DNA of 64,000 nt, taken from the NCBI GenBank assembly GCA_046484975.1, contig JAWOHX010000011.1, positions 3,611-67,610 on the forward strand, given 5' to 3'. The DNA comes from Clostridia bacterium. Lineage in GTDB: Bacteria; Bacillota; Clostridia; DUPQ01. The notes beneath the pieces are model-generated. The model saw only the letters and a list, made by a program, of their open reading frames with translations, ran no database searches and was not told the origin of the DNA. The translations under genes and the position numbers were made by a program. Below, in pieces: positions 18,225 to 32,157 of this stretch; within the stretch, counting starts at the first letter, position 1; every line of letters begins with the position of its first letter.

Positions 18225-19322
18225 GTGGAAAAAATAAGCGTGGGAATCCTCTTTGGCGGGGTCTCCACCGAGCATGAGGTATCCAGAAACTCTGTTTCAT
18301 GCGTGCTCAGGGAGATCGACGGGGAAAAATACAAGGTGAAGCTGTTCGAAATCACCAAGAAAAACGGGTTTTTCATTTATGATGTCTCTTTTGAGAACCT
18401 GGACGCCTTCTGCGGGGAAATCAAAAAGACGGAGAACATGCTGATCAAGAAAAAGGCGGAACTGAGCAGGGCGGTGTTTCGGGAGAACGAGGTGGATGTG
18501 GTGTTCCCGCTGATCCACGGGACCAACGGGGAAGACGGGACCCTCCAGGGATTCCTGGAACTTTGCGACATCCCTTATGTCGGATGCGGTGTCCTTTCCT
18601 CCGCCCTCTGCATGGACAAGGACATGGCCAAGGCCGTTCTTCGTTCCCGGGGCATTCCCCAGGCGGACCATCTCTGCCTGACCTGTGACCAGATCCAGGA
18701 GGGAATGGATGATTCCATCAGTAAGGCGGAGGGCATGTTCCCATACCCCATGTTCGTGAAACCTTCCTCCAGCGGGTCCTCGGTGGGAGTGTCCAAGGCG
18801 AAGGACAGGGAAGGTTTGAGGAAATCCCTGGATCTGGCCTCCAGGCTGGACAGGAAGATCCTGGTGGAGGAATGCATCGGGGGCAGGGAACTGGAATGTG
18901 CCGTTTACGGAAATCATACCCATGCCTATGCCAGCGAACCGGGGGAAGTCATCGCCTCCAATGAATTTTATGACTACAACGCCAAATATGTGGATGGGAA
19001 ATCCCTGACCATCGTGCCGGCGGACATCCCCCCCGAAACAGGGAAACGGATACAGGAATATGCATTGGAGGCGTTTCGGGCGCTGGATTGCTACGGTTTG
19101 GCCCGGGTGGACTTTTTCCTGCCGGAAAACGGATCCCCCATCATGAACGAAATCAACACCATGCCGGGGTTCACCGACATCAGCATGTATCCCAAATTGA
19201 TGGCCAGGACAGGCATGGCATACAGGGAACTCATTGGCAACCTCATCCAGCTGGCGCTGGAAAAAAAGAAGCGCTACACCTTTACGCTGGATTACGAAGA
19301 GGTCATGAGAAATGAACAATAA
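18225..19322 (+). CDS. ddl: D-alanine--D-alanine ligase
   Basis: GTG start after a GGAGG Shine-Dalgarno. VGILFGGVSTEHEVS, HGTNGEDGTLQG and the ATP-grasp motifs (FVKPSSSGSSVGV; MPGFTDISMYPK). Confidence 0.92.
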   Translation: MEKISVGILFGGVSTEHEVSRNSVSCVLREIDGEKYKVKLFEITKKNGFFIYDVSFENLDAFCGEIKKTENMLIKKKAELSRAVFRENEVDVVFPLIHGTNGEDGTLQGFLELCDIPYVGCGVLSSALCMDKDMAKAVLRSRGIPQADHLCLTCDQIQEGMDDSISKAEGMFPYPMFVKPSSSGSSVGVSKAKDREGLRKSLDLASRLDRKILVEECIGGRELECAVYGNHTHAYASEPGEVIASNEFYDYNAKYVDGKSLTIVPADIPPETGKRIQEYALEAFRALDCYGLARVDFFLPENGSPIMNEINTMPGFTDISMYPKLMARTGMAYRELIGNLIQLALEKKKRYTFTLDYEEVMRNEQ

Positions 19323-20121
19323 ACCCATTGGCGTTTTTGATTCAGGACTGGGCGGACTGACGGTACTGAAGGAACTGAGGAAAATCATGCCCCGGGAAGA
19401 CATCATCTATTTCGGGGACAGCAAACGGGCCCCATACGGCACCAAGTCCCAGTCCACCATCGTGGAGTTCTCTTTCCAGAACATCCGCTTCCTGCTGGAG
19501 CAGGGTGTCAAGGCGGTGGTCATCGCCTGCAATACCGCCAGTTCCAATGCCATGGATGAGATCACCCGGTCTTTTCCACTCCCGGTGGCGGAAGTCATCC
19601 GCCCGGGGGCCGAAAGCGGCATAGCCGCCACCCGGAACGGGAGACTGGGGGTCATCGGGACGGACGCCACCATCCGGAGCAAGGCGTATGAGATGGCAAT
19701 CCGGGAAATGAGTCCCGGGACGGCTGTTTTTTCAAAGAGCTGCCCGTTGTTCGTTCCGCTGGTGGAGGAGTCGGTGGACCTTTGGACCAGCAAGGTTGTG
19801 GAGACCGTTGCCCAGGGTTACCTGGAGGATTTGCAAACACAGGGCGTGGATACCTTGATTCTGGGATGTACCCATTATCCCCTCATCGAAGGCATCATAC
19901 AGAAGGTCATGGGAAGTGGAGTGAAGCTCATCAATTCGGCACGGTCCGTGGCGGGAAAGACCCGGGAAATTCTTACCGACCTTGGCTTGGAAGCAGGGCG
20001 GGATGTGGGAAGCACCGTGCTTTACACCAGCGACAGTGTGGAAAAATTCATCAGGATGAGCAAGGCCATTCTTGATGAAGAGGTTTCAAACATCCAAAAG
20101 ATCGACATAGAAAGGTTTTGA
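19312..20121 (+). CDS. murI: glutamate racemase
   Basis: IGVFDSGLGGLTV, the catalytic Cys motifs IACNTAS and LGCTHYP. Confidence 0.92.
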   Translation: MNNKPIGVFDSGLGGLTVLKELRKIMPREDIIYFGDSKRAPYGTKSQSTIVEFSFQNIRFLLEQGVKAVVIACNTASSNAMDEITRSFPLPVAEVIRPGAESGIAATRNGRLGVIGTDATIRSKAYEMAIREMSPGTAVFSKSCPLFVPLVEESVDLWTSKVVETVAQGYLEDLQTQGVDTLILGCTHYPLIEGIIQKVMGSGVKLINSARSVAGKTREILTDLGLEAGRDVGSTVLYTSDSVEKFIRMSKAILDEEVSNIQKIDIERF

Positions 20122-20546
20122 ACAATAACATGGACAAGGATGTTCTCATATCATTGAAAGGGATTTCCGGGCAAAGCGGAGGGGAACCCATGGAATTCAT
20201 CACCGAGGGAAAATACTCCAGGATAGGGGATGTGTACTATGTCTCATACCAGGAATCCCGGATGACGGGGATGGATGGGACCACCACCACCCTGGAAATC
20301 GACAAGGACTCGGTGACCATGCGAAGGAAGGGATCCGTGAACACCAGTTTCATGTTCAAGAAAGGGCAAAAAAGTGTTTCCCATTATTCCACGGAATACG
20401 GGGTTTTCACCATAAACATCGTCGCCAGGGACCTGGACATCCGGGTGGACGACAATGGTGGGGAACTGGAGATCATCTATGAGATGGACGCCTTCGACAA
20501 CAAAGGAAGCAGGAATAATTTCAGCATGAAGATCAGGGAGGTTTGA
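20118..20546 (+). CDS. DUF1934 (YwiB-like) beta-barrel protein
   Basis: About 140 aa. Overlaps the murI stop and the argS start. Conserved ywiB-argS neighbourhood. Confidence 0.7.
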   Translation: MNNNMDKDVLISLKGISGQSGGEPMEFITEGKYSRIGDVYYVSYQESRMTGMDGTTTTLEIDKDSVTMRRKGSVNTSFMFKKGQKSVSHYSTEYGVFTINIVARDLDIRVDDNGGELEIIYEMDAFDNKGSRNNFSMKIREV

Positions 20547-22240
20547 CCCCGATGGCATACATGAGGGATATCGCAAGGACACAGATAGGAAAAATCATTG
20601 AGGACGCCTTTTCAAAGACGCTGGGAATGCAGGGCAGTAGGCTTCCGGAAATCACCATAGAGGTCCCGAAGGAAAAGAGCCACGGGGATTTTTCCACCAA
20701 CATCGCCATGGTGCTTGCCGGACAGGCCAGGATGGCGCCGGCTAAAATCGCCAGCCTGCTGGTGGAAGGCATGCAGATCGGGGATTCGTACATCGAAAGC
20801 GTGGAGTGGGCCCCTCCGGGGTTCATCAACTTTTGCATGAGCGACCAATGGCTGTACGAGGGGCTGGAGGAAGTGATCCGGCAAGGATCATCCTACGGCT
20901 CCTCCGACATGGGAAAAGGCAGGAAGGTCATGGTGGAGTTCGTGAGTGCAAACCCCACCGGCCCGCTGCACATGGGCAATGCAAGGGGGGGCGCCCTGGG
21001 CGACCTCATCGCCAAAGTCCTCGAGAAGTCGGGATATGAAGTGACCAAGGAATTCTATGTCAACGATGCGGGCAACCAGATCGAGAAATTCGGCCTTTCC
21101 CTGGAGGCGCGGTACCTGCAGGAAAAGCTGGGGGAGGATCGGGTAGAGTTCCCCGCGGACGGTTACCAGGGGGAGGACATCAGGGAGCATGTGTTGGAAT
21201 ATATCCGCTCGGGGCAGGAGGATCTCATGGACAAGCCCTCGGAGGAGAGAAGAAGAATCCTCGTGGATGATGCCCTGCCCAGGAACATCGGGAACATGAA
21301 AAAAACCCTGGGGCGCTACGGGATCGAATATGACGTGTGGTTCAGCGAGAAGATCCTCCATGAATCCGGGGATGTGCAAAAAGCCATCGACTACATGAAG
21401 GAAAAAGGCCATACCGTGGAATATGACGGGGCCCTGTGGCTGAAAGGCCCGGCCATGGGTGTGGAAAAGGACGAGGTCCTGGTTAGAGGCAACCAGATCC
21501 CCACCTATTTTGCCGCGGACATCGCGTATCACTGGAACAAATTCCATGAGCGGGGATTCCACCGGGTCATCGATCTGTTGGGTGCCGATCATCACGGCCA
21601 TGTGCAACGGATGAAAGGGGCGGTGGAATGCATCGGCATCGACAGGGAAAGAATCGACATCGTGGTTTTCCAGCTGGTCAGGCTCCTGAGGAACGGGGAG
21701 GTGGCCAGGATGTCCAAAAGGACGGGCAAGGCCATCACCCTGGAGGACTTGCTGGATGAGGTGGGTGTGGATGCCGCCAGGTTCTTTTTCAACACCAAGT
21801 CATCGGGCAGCCACCTGGATTTCGACCTGGATCTGGCTGTCAGGAAAAGCAATGAGAACCCGGTGTTCTATGTGCAGTACGCCCATGCCAGGATCTGCAG
21901 CATGCTCAGGATCCTGAATGAGGAGGGCTGTGACCTGGACCGCCATCCGGAAACCATTGATTTGACCCTGCTCTCCATGTCCCAGGAAAAGGATCTGATC
22001 CGGAAACTCTGCGAGTACCCTGATGAGCTGACAGCCAGCGCCCTGACCCTGGAGCCCAGCCGGCTGACGAGGTATGTGGTGGACCTGGCGGGATTGTTCC
22101 ACAGTTTCTACAATGCCTGCAGGCTCAAAGGGGAAGAGGAACCTCTCCTCTACGCCCGGCTTTCCCTGGTGAAAGCCGTGAAGACCGTAATCGGGAACGT
22201 CCTGGAGGTACTGAGCATCCAGGCGCCGGAGAAGATGTAA
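20543..22240 (+). CDS. argS: arginine--tRNA ligase
   Basis: Class I HIGH motif (SANPTGPLHMGNARGGALGD), KMSKR-type motif (RMSKRTGKAIT) and a DALR anticodon-binding C-terminus. Confidence 0.95.
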   Translation: MTPMAYMRDIARTQIGKIIEDAFSKTLGMQGSRLPEITIEVPKEKSHGDFSTNIAMVLAGQARMAPAKIASLLVEGMQIGDSYIESVEWAPPGFINFCMSDQWLYEGLEEVIRQGSSYGSSDMGKGRKVMVEFVSANPTGPLHMGNARGGALGDLIAKVLEKSGYEVTKEFYVNDAGNQIEKFGLSLEARYLQEKLGEDRVEFPADGYQGEDIREHVLEYIRSGQEDLMDKPSEERRRILVDDALPRNIGNMKKTLGRYGIEYDVWFSEKILHESGDVQKAIDYMKEKGHTVEYDGALWLKGPAMGVEKDEVLVRGNQIPTYFAADIAYHWNKFHERGFHRVIDLLGADHHGHVQRMKGAVECIGIDRERIDIVVFQLVRLLRNGEVARMSKRTGKAITLEDLLDEVGVDAARFFFNTKSSGSHLDFDLDLAVRKSNENPVFYVQYAHARICSMLRILNEEGCDLDRHPETIDLTLLSMSQEKDLIRKLCEYPDELTASALTLEPSRLTRYVVDLAGLFHSFYNACRLKGEEEPLLYARLSLVKAVKTVIGNVLEVLSIQAPEKM

Positions 22241-22251
22241 AGGAGTATCCT

Positions 22252-23748
22252 ATGAACAACAGGAAAATATGGAAAGCACTGCCGATAATCATGGCACTGA
22301 TGTTGGTCACTGTGCTCATCCTGGGATCGACCCGGGTCTTAGGGACCCGGGACAGCGGTAGAATCCAGGCCTATGTGGACCTGGTGACCCAGAACCATTA
22401 TGAATACCTTCCGGTGGAAAACACCTTCCCCAATATGATCAAAGGAGCCTTCGACAACACCGACCGTTATACCTATTTCCAGGAAGTCCGGACATACAGG
22501 AGTGAGATGGAGACCTATATCGATGCCACATACGTTGGAATCGGAATCTCCATGTCCCAGCTGGAGGAAGGGGCCCTGGTGGAGAACGTCTTTATCCATT
22601 CCCCTGCATACCATGCGGGCCTGAAGCCCGGGGACATCCTGGTGGAGGCCAACGGCATTTCCTTCCGGGGAAGGACCCTGGAATACATTGCCTCAAAGGT
22701 CAGGGGACCTGAAGACACGGTGGTGAGAATCGGGATCCTGAGAGACGGGGGGGGAGACATCATCCGCATGGACATCGTCCGAAAAAGCATCACCATTACC
22801 ACGGTGAACATGTTCATGGCCGGTGATACCGCATATGTCAGCATCTCCTCCTTCACCAACAACACCCCTGAGGAATTTGTGAAGGCTTTGTTGAAGATTG
22901 ACGACGCAAAGATCATCAATATTGTCATCGACATCCGTGACAACGGGGGAGGTTCGGTGTACGGGGCCCTGAATGTGGCCAACCAGCTGCTTTCCAATGA
23001 GATCATCACCAAGATCTATTATAAATTCCCTGGCTACCTGAACCTGGCTTACCTGGCCGATGAGAAGGAGATCCCCTACAATGTGGTCCTGCTCATGAAC
23101 AAGAAATCCGCCAGCGCATCGGAGATCCTGGCAGGCGCCCTGAAGGACAACGGACGGGCAGTGCTGATGGGGGAGACCAGCTTCGGAAAAAGCCTTGTAC
23201 AGTCCTCCTATGAGCTCATGACACCGGAGGTGTTCGAGCGGTATGCCAACCTGTACGGGAGCAGGAGCATGCTGGTATTAAACAACATGCTTGCCATGAA
23301 CGGAATCACCCTGCAGGATCATGAAATCCTGGGTGCCGCGAAGATCACCATCGGGGAATATGTCACACCAAAGGAAACCAGGATCAACTTGACCGGCATC
23401 CGCCCCCATATCCTTGTTCCCTATGACGGCCCCACTGTCTTAAGAGCCGGCATCGGCAAAGCCCTTCAGTCCCTGGATGAATACGGTCCGGGGATGCGGG
23501 ATGAAGAGATCAAAAAGGCGAAAGCCATATTGCAGGCCCTGGGCTACGATTCGGGAGCGCCCGGTGACCATTATGACGGGAAAATGGAGGAAGCCGTCAG
23601 GCTTTTCCGAAAAGACGAGGGGCTACCTTCCGGAGAGGGCCTCGACCATGCCGTGCAGGCCGCACTCAACCTGAGGATTTTACCTGCCATCATCGGCACG
23701 GACATCCAGCTGGAAAAAGCATTCCAGCAGGTGGGGGAGGTGGAATGA
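22252..23748 (+). CDS. S41 family C-terminal processing peptidase with PDZ and C-terminal peptidoglycan-binding domain
   Basis: PDZ (GLKPGDILVEANG). Catalytic Ser in KKSASASEILAGAL and Lys in GETSFGKS. C-terminal PG_binding_1 (LGYDSGAPGDHYDGKMEEAVRLFRKDEGL). N-terminal TM anchor. Confidence 0.85.
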   Translation: MNNRKIWKALPIIMALMLVTVLILGSTRVLGTRDSGRIQAYVDLVTQNHYEYLPVENTFPNMIKGAFDNTDRYTYFQEVRTYRSEMETYIDATYVGIGISMSQLEEGALVENVFIHSPAYHAGLKPGDILVEANGISFRGRTLEYIASKVRGPEDTVVRIGILRDGGGDIIRMDIVRKSITITTVNMFMAGDTAYVSISSFTNNTPEEFVKALLKIDDAKIINIVIDIRDNGGGSVYGALNVANQLLSNEIITKIYYKFPGYLNLAYLADEKEIPYNVVLLMNKKSASASEILAGALKDNGRAVLMGETSFGKSLVQSSYELMTPEVFERYANLYGSRSMLVLNNMLAMNGITLQDHEILGAAKITIGEYVTPKETRINLTGIRPHILVPYDGPTVLRAGIGKALQSLDEYGPGMRDEEIKKAKAILQALGYDSGAPGDHYDGKMEEAVRLFRKDEGLPSGEGLDHAVQAALNLRILPAIIGTDIQLEKAFQQVGEVE

Positions 23749-23749
23749 C

Positions 23750-25186
23750 ATGAAAAAAACATGGAAGGTTCTTAGTCTGCTCCTCATCGCCTCGGTCCTC
23801 TTTTCCAGTGTGTTGTCTGCTTCCGTCATCCGTGTGGATGAGGGATACCTCAACCAGCTTTATGATTTCATCAGCAGCATGTACAACGAGGACATCGACC
23901 GGGAATCGGTGCTGGGATCCTCCTTCAACGGGCTCTTCACCGGCACCTCCCCATACTCCTGTTTTGAAAGTGTCTCCCTCCGGGAGGAAGGAACCCACGG
24001 GATCGGCGCAGCCCTGGAGAAGGTGAGACAGGGCTTCATGGTGTCTGCAGTCCACCCGGGATCCAATGCATACAATGCGGGGCTCAAATCCGGCGACATC
24101 ATCTTCAATGCCAACAGGAAAAGCCTCGCCCTCATGAACGTGAAGGATTTCAACCATTATCTGGCCGGTGAGGCAAGGGGCATCCAACTGGACGTCCTGG
24201 ATCCCGGGACAGGAGAGACAAGAACCTTGCTCCTGGACGCCGAGAACATCCAGTACGGGGCGGTGGAGTTTTTCATCCATCAGGAAACAGGCTTCATCCG
24301 CATCCATCATTACGGGCCAAAGACCGGTGAGACAGTGTCCCGGGCGCTTTCAATCTTCTCCGCCAGCCGGGTAAGGAATGTCATCCTTGATCTGCGGGAT
24401 TCCATATCCATGAACGTGGAGGCGGCCGCTGCAGTGGCTGACCTGCTTCTTCCCTACGGAAGGATCGCCCAGGTCAGGGACAAGGCTTTCCACGCTTCCT
24501 TCAAACAAGTCAGCTTCACATTCCATCTGGCTGTCAACGGGAATACCGCGGGGGCGGGGGAAATCATCGCCAGGGCGGTGGAGGACAAAGGCACCGGCAT
24601 GGTTTATGGAAGCCCCACGGCAGGCAACAGCCTGTACGTGAAAACCTATCCGGTGCTTTCCGATGACGCATACATGAAATATGCCGTGCAGGCCGGAAGA
24701 ACGGACATCCCCGGCATCATGAACCATATCCGCCTGAACGGCATCGTGCCGGGGCCTTTCGAGACCACCGGCTACCTGCATATGGTGGAATCCCATGTCA
24801 AGGATGCAAGGGGCCTGGAGATCAGCAGGGCAAACAACATCATCCCTGGTATCGCAACCCGGGAGGATGCCGTGGCCTATCTTGATGCGGACAACAGGAA
24901 CAGGATATGGATCCGGAAGGATTATGAGCCAGGCGAGCTCAGCTATGATGTGTTCCTGGCAAAAAAAATATTGTCGGAGGCAGGATATTTCAAGGGGGAA
25001 CTGAACGTATCCTATGATGCGAATGCGGTTGGGGCGGTGAACGCCTTCAAGAAAGACATGGGACTGGAGCAAAACGGCATCCTGGACAAGGATACCCAGA
25101 AACTGCTGAACTTCACCATGCTTGCCCCGAAGATATTTGCAGACCCTTGCATCCTTGAGATCCTGGAATATATTAAAGGGGAATGA
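23750..25186 (+). CDS. S41-peptidase-like pseudoenzyme (catalytic Ser->Gly, Lys->Asn) with PDZ and peptidoglycan-binding tail
   Basis: Same architecture as the upstream gene: signal peptide, PDZ (GLKSGDIIFNANR) and a C-terminal PG_binding_1. The catalytic positions read GNTAGAGEI (no Ser) and GSPTAGNS (no Lys). Confidence 0.7.
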   Translation: MKKTWKVLSLLLIASVLFSSVLSASVIRVDEGYLNQLYDFISSMYNEDIDRESVLGSSFNGLFTGTSPYSCFESVSLREEGTHGIGAALEKVRQGFMVSAVHPGSNAYNAGLKSGDIIFNANRKSLALMNVKDFNHYLAGEARGIQLDVLDPGTGETRTLLLDAENIQYGAVEFFIHQETGFIRIHHYGPKTGETVSRALSIFSASRVRNVILDLRDSISMNVEAAAAVADLLLPYGRIAQVRDKAFHASFKQVSFTFHLAVNGNTAGAGEIIARAVEDKGTGMVYGSPTAGNSLYVKTYPVLSDDAYMKYAVQAGRTDIPGIMNHIRLNGIVPGPFETTGYLHMVESHVKDARGLEISRANNIIPGIATREDAVAYLDADNRNRIWIRKDYEPGELSYDVFLAKKILSEAGYFKGELNVSYDANAVGAVNAFKKDMGLEQNGILDKDTQKLLNFTMLAPKIFADPCILEILEYIKGE

Positions 25187-25187
25187 C

Positions 25188-28905
<3,718 letters not shown>

Positions 28906-28967
28906 CAATGTCACATGAACTCTTTATTATTATATAATCTTAAGACAATCATGAGAGGTATAACAAT

Positions 28968-29444
28968 ATGCCGGATAAAAAAACACTGCTGACATATGAA
29001 GGGCTGATAGAGCTGGAAAAGGAGCTTGAATTTCTCAAAAGCAAAAAACGGATGGAAATCGCTGAAAGGATCAAGACGGCCATCTCTTTCGGGGACATAT
29101 CAGAAAACAGCGAATATGACGAGGCGAAGAACGAGCAGGGACAGGTGGAAGCCCGGATCATGAAACTTGAGCAGACACTGAGGAACGTGGAGATCATCGA
29201 TGACAAGGACCTGGACACCAAGCAGGTCAGGATTGGCAGCGTGGTCAGGATCCTGGATATAGAGTATGATGAAGAGGAAGAATACAAAATCGTGGGATCC
29301 ACCGAGGCCGACCCCACCAGGCACAGGATATCCGATGAGTCTCCCATCGGCAGTGTGCTTCTGGGCAAGAAGAAGGGCCAGAAGGTACAGGCCCACACCC
29401 CCTCGGGCATTGTCGAGCTGAAAATTCTGAGCATCGGCAAGTGA
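28968..29444 (+). CDS. greA: transcription elongation factor GreA
   Basis: LTYEGLIELEKELEFLK coiled coil with acidic tip ...SENSEYDEAK. 158 aa. Confidence 0.92.
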   Translation: MPDKKTLLTYEGLIELEKELEFLKSKKRMEIAERIKTAISFGDISENSEYDEAKNEQGQVEARIMKLEQTLRNVEIIDDKDLDTKQVRIGSVVRILDIEYDEEEEYKIVGSTEADPTRHRISDESPIGSVLLGKKKGQKVQAHTPSGIVELKILSIGK

Positions 29445-29449
29445 GGATG

Positions 29450-29516
29450 TTGTCCTCAACGGAAAAAATGTATATAATATGAAAGAACAGTTTACTCATG
29501 GTAAACTGTTCTTTTA
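29450..29516 (+). promoter_or_regulatory. promoter-like element (TTGTCC..TATAAT) followed by a perfect 14-bp terminator-like hairpin + TTTTAT, immediately upstream of lysS
   Basis: AAAGAACAGTTTAC-tcatg-GTAAACTGTTCTTT at about 29481-29513, then TTTTAT, then the GGAGG Shine-Dalgarno. It is either the greA terminator or a leader attenuator for lysS. Too short to be a T-box. Confidence 0.55.
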
Positions 29517-29534
29517 TGGATGGAGGAACCCGAT

Positions 29535-31028
29535 ATGACAGACCACCCGGAATGCCACAACGAAGAGATGGACCTCAATGAGATCCAGCGGATACGGCTG
29601 GAAAAGTTGCATGTCCTGAAGGAAGAGGGAAAAAATCCGTTTGACATAAAAGCCTATGACCGCCTGCATACGGCGGGACAGGTCCTGGGGGCATATGAGG
29701 CTTGGGAAGGCAGGGAGGTCTCCCTGGCGGGACGGATCATGGCGAAGAGAATCATGGGAAAGGCGAGTTTCTGCCATATTCAGGATCCGACGGGAAAAAT
29801 CCAGGTGTATGTCCGGATTGACGCCATTGGGGAAGAAGCCTACGAGGATTTTAAAAAATACGACATCGGCGACATCATCGGCCTGAAAGGACAGCCCTTC
29901 ACCACGAAGATGGGGGAGAAGTCAATCAAGGCGGAGGAGCTGGTCCTGCTATCAAAATCCCTCAAGCCCCTCCCGGAGAAATGGCACGGCCTGAAGGACA
30001 CAGACCTGAGGTACAGGCACAGGTATCTGGACCTCATCGTGAATCCCGATGTCAAGGAGACCTTCGTCCTTCGTTCCGGGATCATGACCGCCATCCGTGA
30101 ATACATGAACAGCAACGGGTATCTGGAAGTGGAAACCCCTGTGCTGCAGAACCATGCCACCAATTCCAATGCAAGACCCTTCAAAACCCATCATAAAACC
30201 CTTGACCTGAATCTTTTTCTCCGGGTGGAGACGGAACTGGCGCTGAAGAAACTCATCGTGGGGGGATTCGACAGGGTCTACGAGATCGGAAGGATATTCC
30301 GGAACGAGGGGATGAGCTACAAGCATAATCCCGAGTTCACCATGATTGAGATGTATGAGGCATATACCGACTACATGGGGATGATGAAAAGGACGGAGGA
30401 ACTCTTCGCACATGTCGCCTTGCGGACAAAAGGCAGCCTGGAGATCCAATACCAGGGTGAACGGATTGACTTGGCCCCGCCGTGGGAGAGAATGACCATG
30501 GCAGAGGCCGTGAGAAAACATACTGGAGTGGATTTCGACTCTTTTGACAACGACGGGGAAAAAGCGATTGCCGCGGCCAGGGAGAACCATGTCAAGGTGG
30601 AAAAGGGAATGACCTGGGGAGAAGTGCTGAATGAATTCTTTGAGACGAAAGTGGAGGAACACCTGGTCCAGCCCACATTCATCCATGATTACCCCATTGA
30701 GATATCCCCCCTTGCCAAAAGAAAAGGGGACAGGCCACACCTGACGGAACGGTTCGAGTTGTTCATCACCGGACGGGAAATGGGAAATGCTTTCACTGAA
30801 CTGAACGATCCGGTGGACCAGAGGGAACGTCTGGTCCAGCAGGCTGTGAAAAAGCACGGGCAGGACGATTATTCCATTGACGAGGACTTCCTTTATGCCC
30901 TCGAGATTGGAATGCCACCGACGGGAGGGCTGGGCATCGGCATCGACAGGATGGTCATGCTCTTTGCGGATGTTCCATCCATCCGGGATGTCCTGCTGTT
31001 CCCCACCATGCGGCCTTCGGGAAAGTGA
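29535..31028 (+). CDS. lysS: lysine--tRNA ligase (class II)
   Basis: Class II motifs ([20 protein letters not shown]; [14 protein letters not shown]) and an N-terminal OB fold. Start at MTDHPE after GGAGG; the alternative ATG is 15 nt upstream. Confidence 0.95.
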   Translation: MTDHPECHNEEMDLNEIQRIRLEKLHVLKEEGKNPFDIKAYDRLHTAGQVLGAYEAWEGREVSLAGRIMAKRIMGKASFCHIQDPTGKIQVYVRIDAIGEEAYEDFKKYDIGDIIGLKGQPFTTKMGEKSIKAEELVLLSKSLKPLPEKWHGLKDTDLRYRHRYLDLIVNPDVKETFVLRSGIMTAIREYMNSNGYLEVETPVLQNHATNSNARPFKTHHKTLDLNLFLRVETELALKKLIVGGFDRVYEIGRIFRNEGMSYKHNPEFTMIEMYEAYTDYMGMMKRTEELFAHVALRTKGSLEIQYQGERIDLAPPWERMTMAEAVRKHTGVDFDSFDNDGEKAIAAARENHVKVEKGMTWGEVLNEFFETKVEEHLVQPTFIHDYPIEISPLAKRKGDRPHLTERFELFITGREMGNAFTELNDPVDQRERLVQQAVKKHGQDDYSIDEDFLYALEIGMPPTGGLGIGIDRMVMLFADVPSIRDVLLFPTMRPSGK

Positions 31029-31034
31029 GGGGAC

Positions 31035-31832
31035 ATGACAGACGAAGACAGAAAAAAAGCACTTGATGCAATGGGCCTATCGGAAGAGGCTTCCCGGAAG
31101 GACATAGAGTCCAGGTATGTGGCGTTTTTGAAGAGGCGAAAAAACAGGGAAGAACTGGATTATGACGGCATCACGAAGGCATACAACCAGCTCATGGGGA
31201 TTGAAGAGGAACACAGGCCGCAAAGTTGGCTGCGGAAAAAGTACAAGGCATTTATGTTCAACCATTTCGGAATGGCCGTGGTAGTGGTCATTGCCCTTGG
31301 CATCCTGTTTTCCGTGGTTTACCCGGCCCTTACGAAGAAAACCCCTGACCTTTCCATATCCTTCGTGGGAAATTTCAACATCTTCAACCAGGCCCTGGAA
31401 GAAAAGATCCGGCTGGAGATGCCGCATCTGGAATACCTCATAGTGGAGACCATTTATGTCAGTGAGAACAGTGAGAGCGGGGAGTTCGACGAAGCGGGGC
31501 GCATCCAGTTGGCCGGGCTGATCCTGACCGGGGAGACCGGCGTCATCGTGGCCAGTGACACAGCCTACCAGTTCCTGCTGGCCAACGACGCCCTGGCACC
31601 TTTGGAGGAGACCATGGGAGAGGTGCTGGCAGGAATCAACCCTGACAAATATATCTATGCCATAGACCCGGTGGACAGGGAAAAGAAGGTATTCGGGGTC
31701 AATGTGTCAGAAAACGGCCTGTTTTACAAATCAATATCGGGGTCCGTCGCCAGGATCCTTTGCCTGACCAGGGATTTCGCCAATCCGGAGAATGTCCTGG
31801 AGGCCATAAAAATCATATTGGAGGAGGAATGA
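31035..31832 (+). CDS. J-domain-like single-pass membrane protein (paralogue A)
   Basis: N-terminal helical J-like segment (ALDAMGLSEEASRKDIESRYVAFLKRR) lacking HPD, one TM helix (GMAVVVVIALGILFSVVY) and a C-terminal domain of about 170 aa. Confidence 0.5.
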   Translation: MTDEDRKKALDAMGLSEEASRKDIESRYVAFLKRRKNREELDYDGITKAYNQLMGIEEEHRPQSWLRKKYKAFMFNHFGMAVVVVIALGILFSVVYPALTKKTPDLSISFVGNFNIFNQALEEKIRLEMPHLEYLIVETIYVSENSESGEFDEAGRIQLAGLILTGETGVIVASDTAYQFLLANDALAPLEETMGEVLAGINPDKYIYAIDPVDREKKVFGVNVSENGLFYKSISGSVARILCLTRDFANPENVLEAIKIILEEE

Positions 31833-31836
31833 ACCC

Positions 31837-32157
31837 ATGACAGAATACGATATTTCGGTCCAGGGAGACCATGTTCAACTGAAGGGGGAGCTGGATGTCA
31901 GCAATGTGGCTTCCTTCAAAGGGCGTTTGTACGATATTATAGACCAGGCAGAAAAAAACCTGACACTTGACATGGAAGAACTGCGCTATATAGACAGCGC
32001 CGGGCTGGGGATCCTCGTGGGAGCATATAAGAGGCTGAAACAGAAGCAGCTGGGAATGACCATCATCCATGCCATGGACAACATCCGTAAATTGTTCTCC
32101 GTAACGAAACTGGACACCATGATCCCCATCGGGGGAGCAAGGGAGGAAAACATATGA
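31837..32157 (+). CDS. anti-sigma factor antagonist (STAS domain, SpoIIAA/RsbV-like)
   Basis: 106 aa. Conserved phosphorylatable Ser in the DSAGLG motif (YIDSAGLGILVG). Confidence 0.85.
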   Translation: MTEYDISVQGDHVQLKGELDVSNVASFKGRLYDIIDQAEKNLTLDMEELRYIDSAGLGILVGAYKRLKQKQLGMTIIHAMDNIRKLFSVTKLDTMIPIGGAREENI

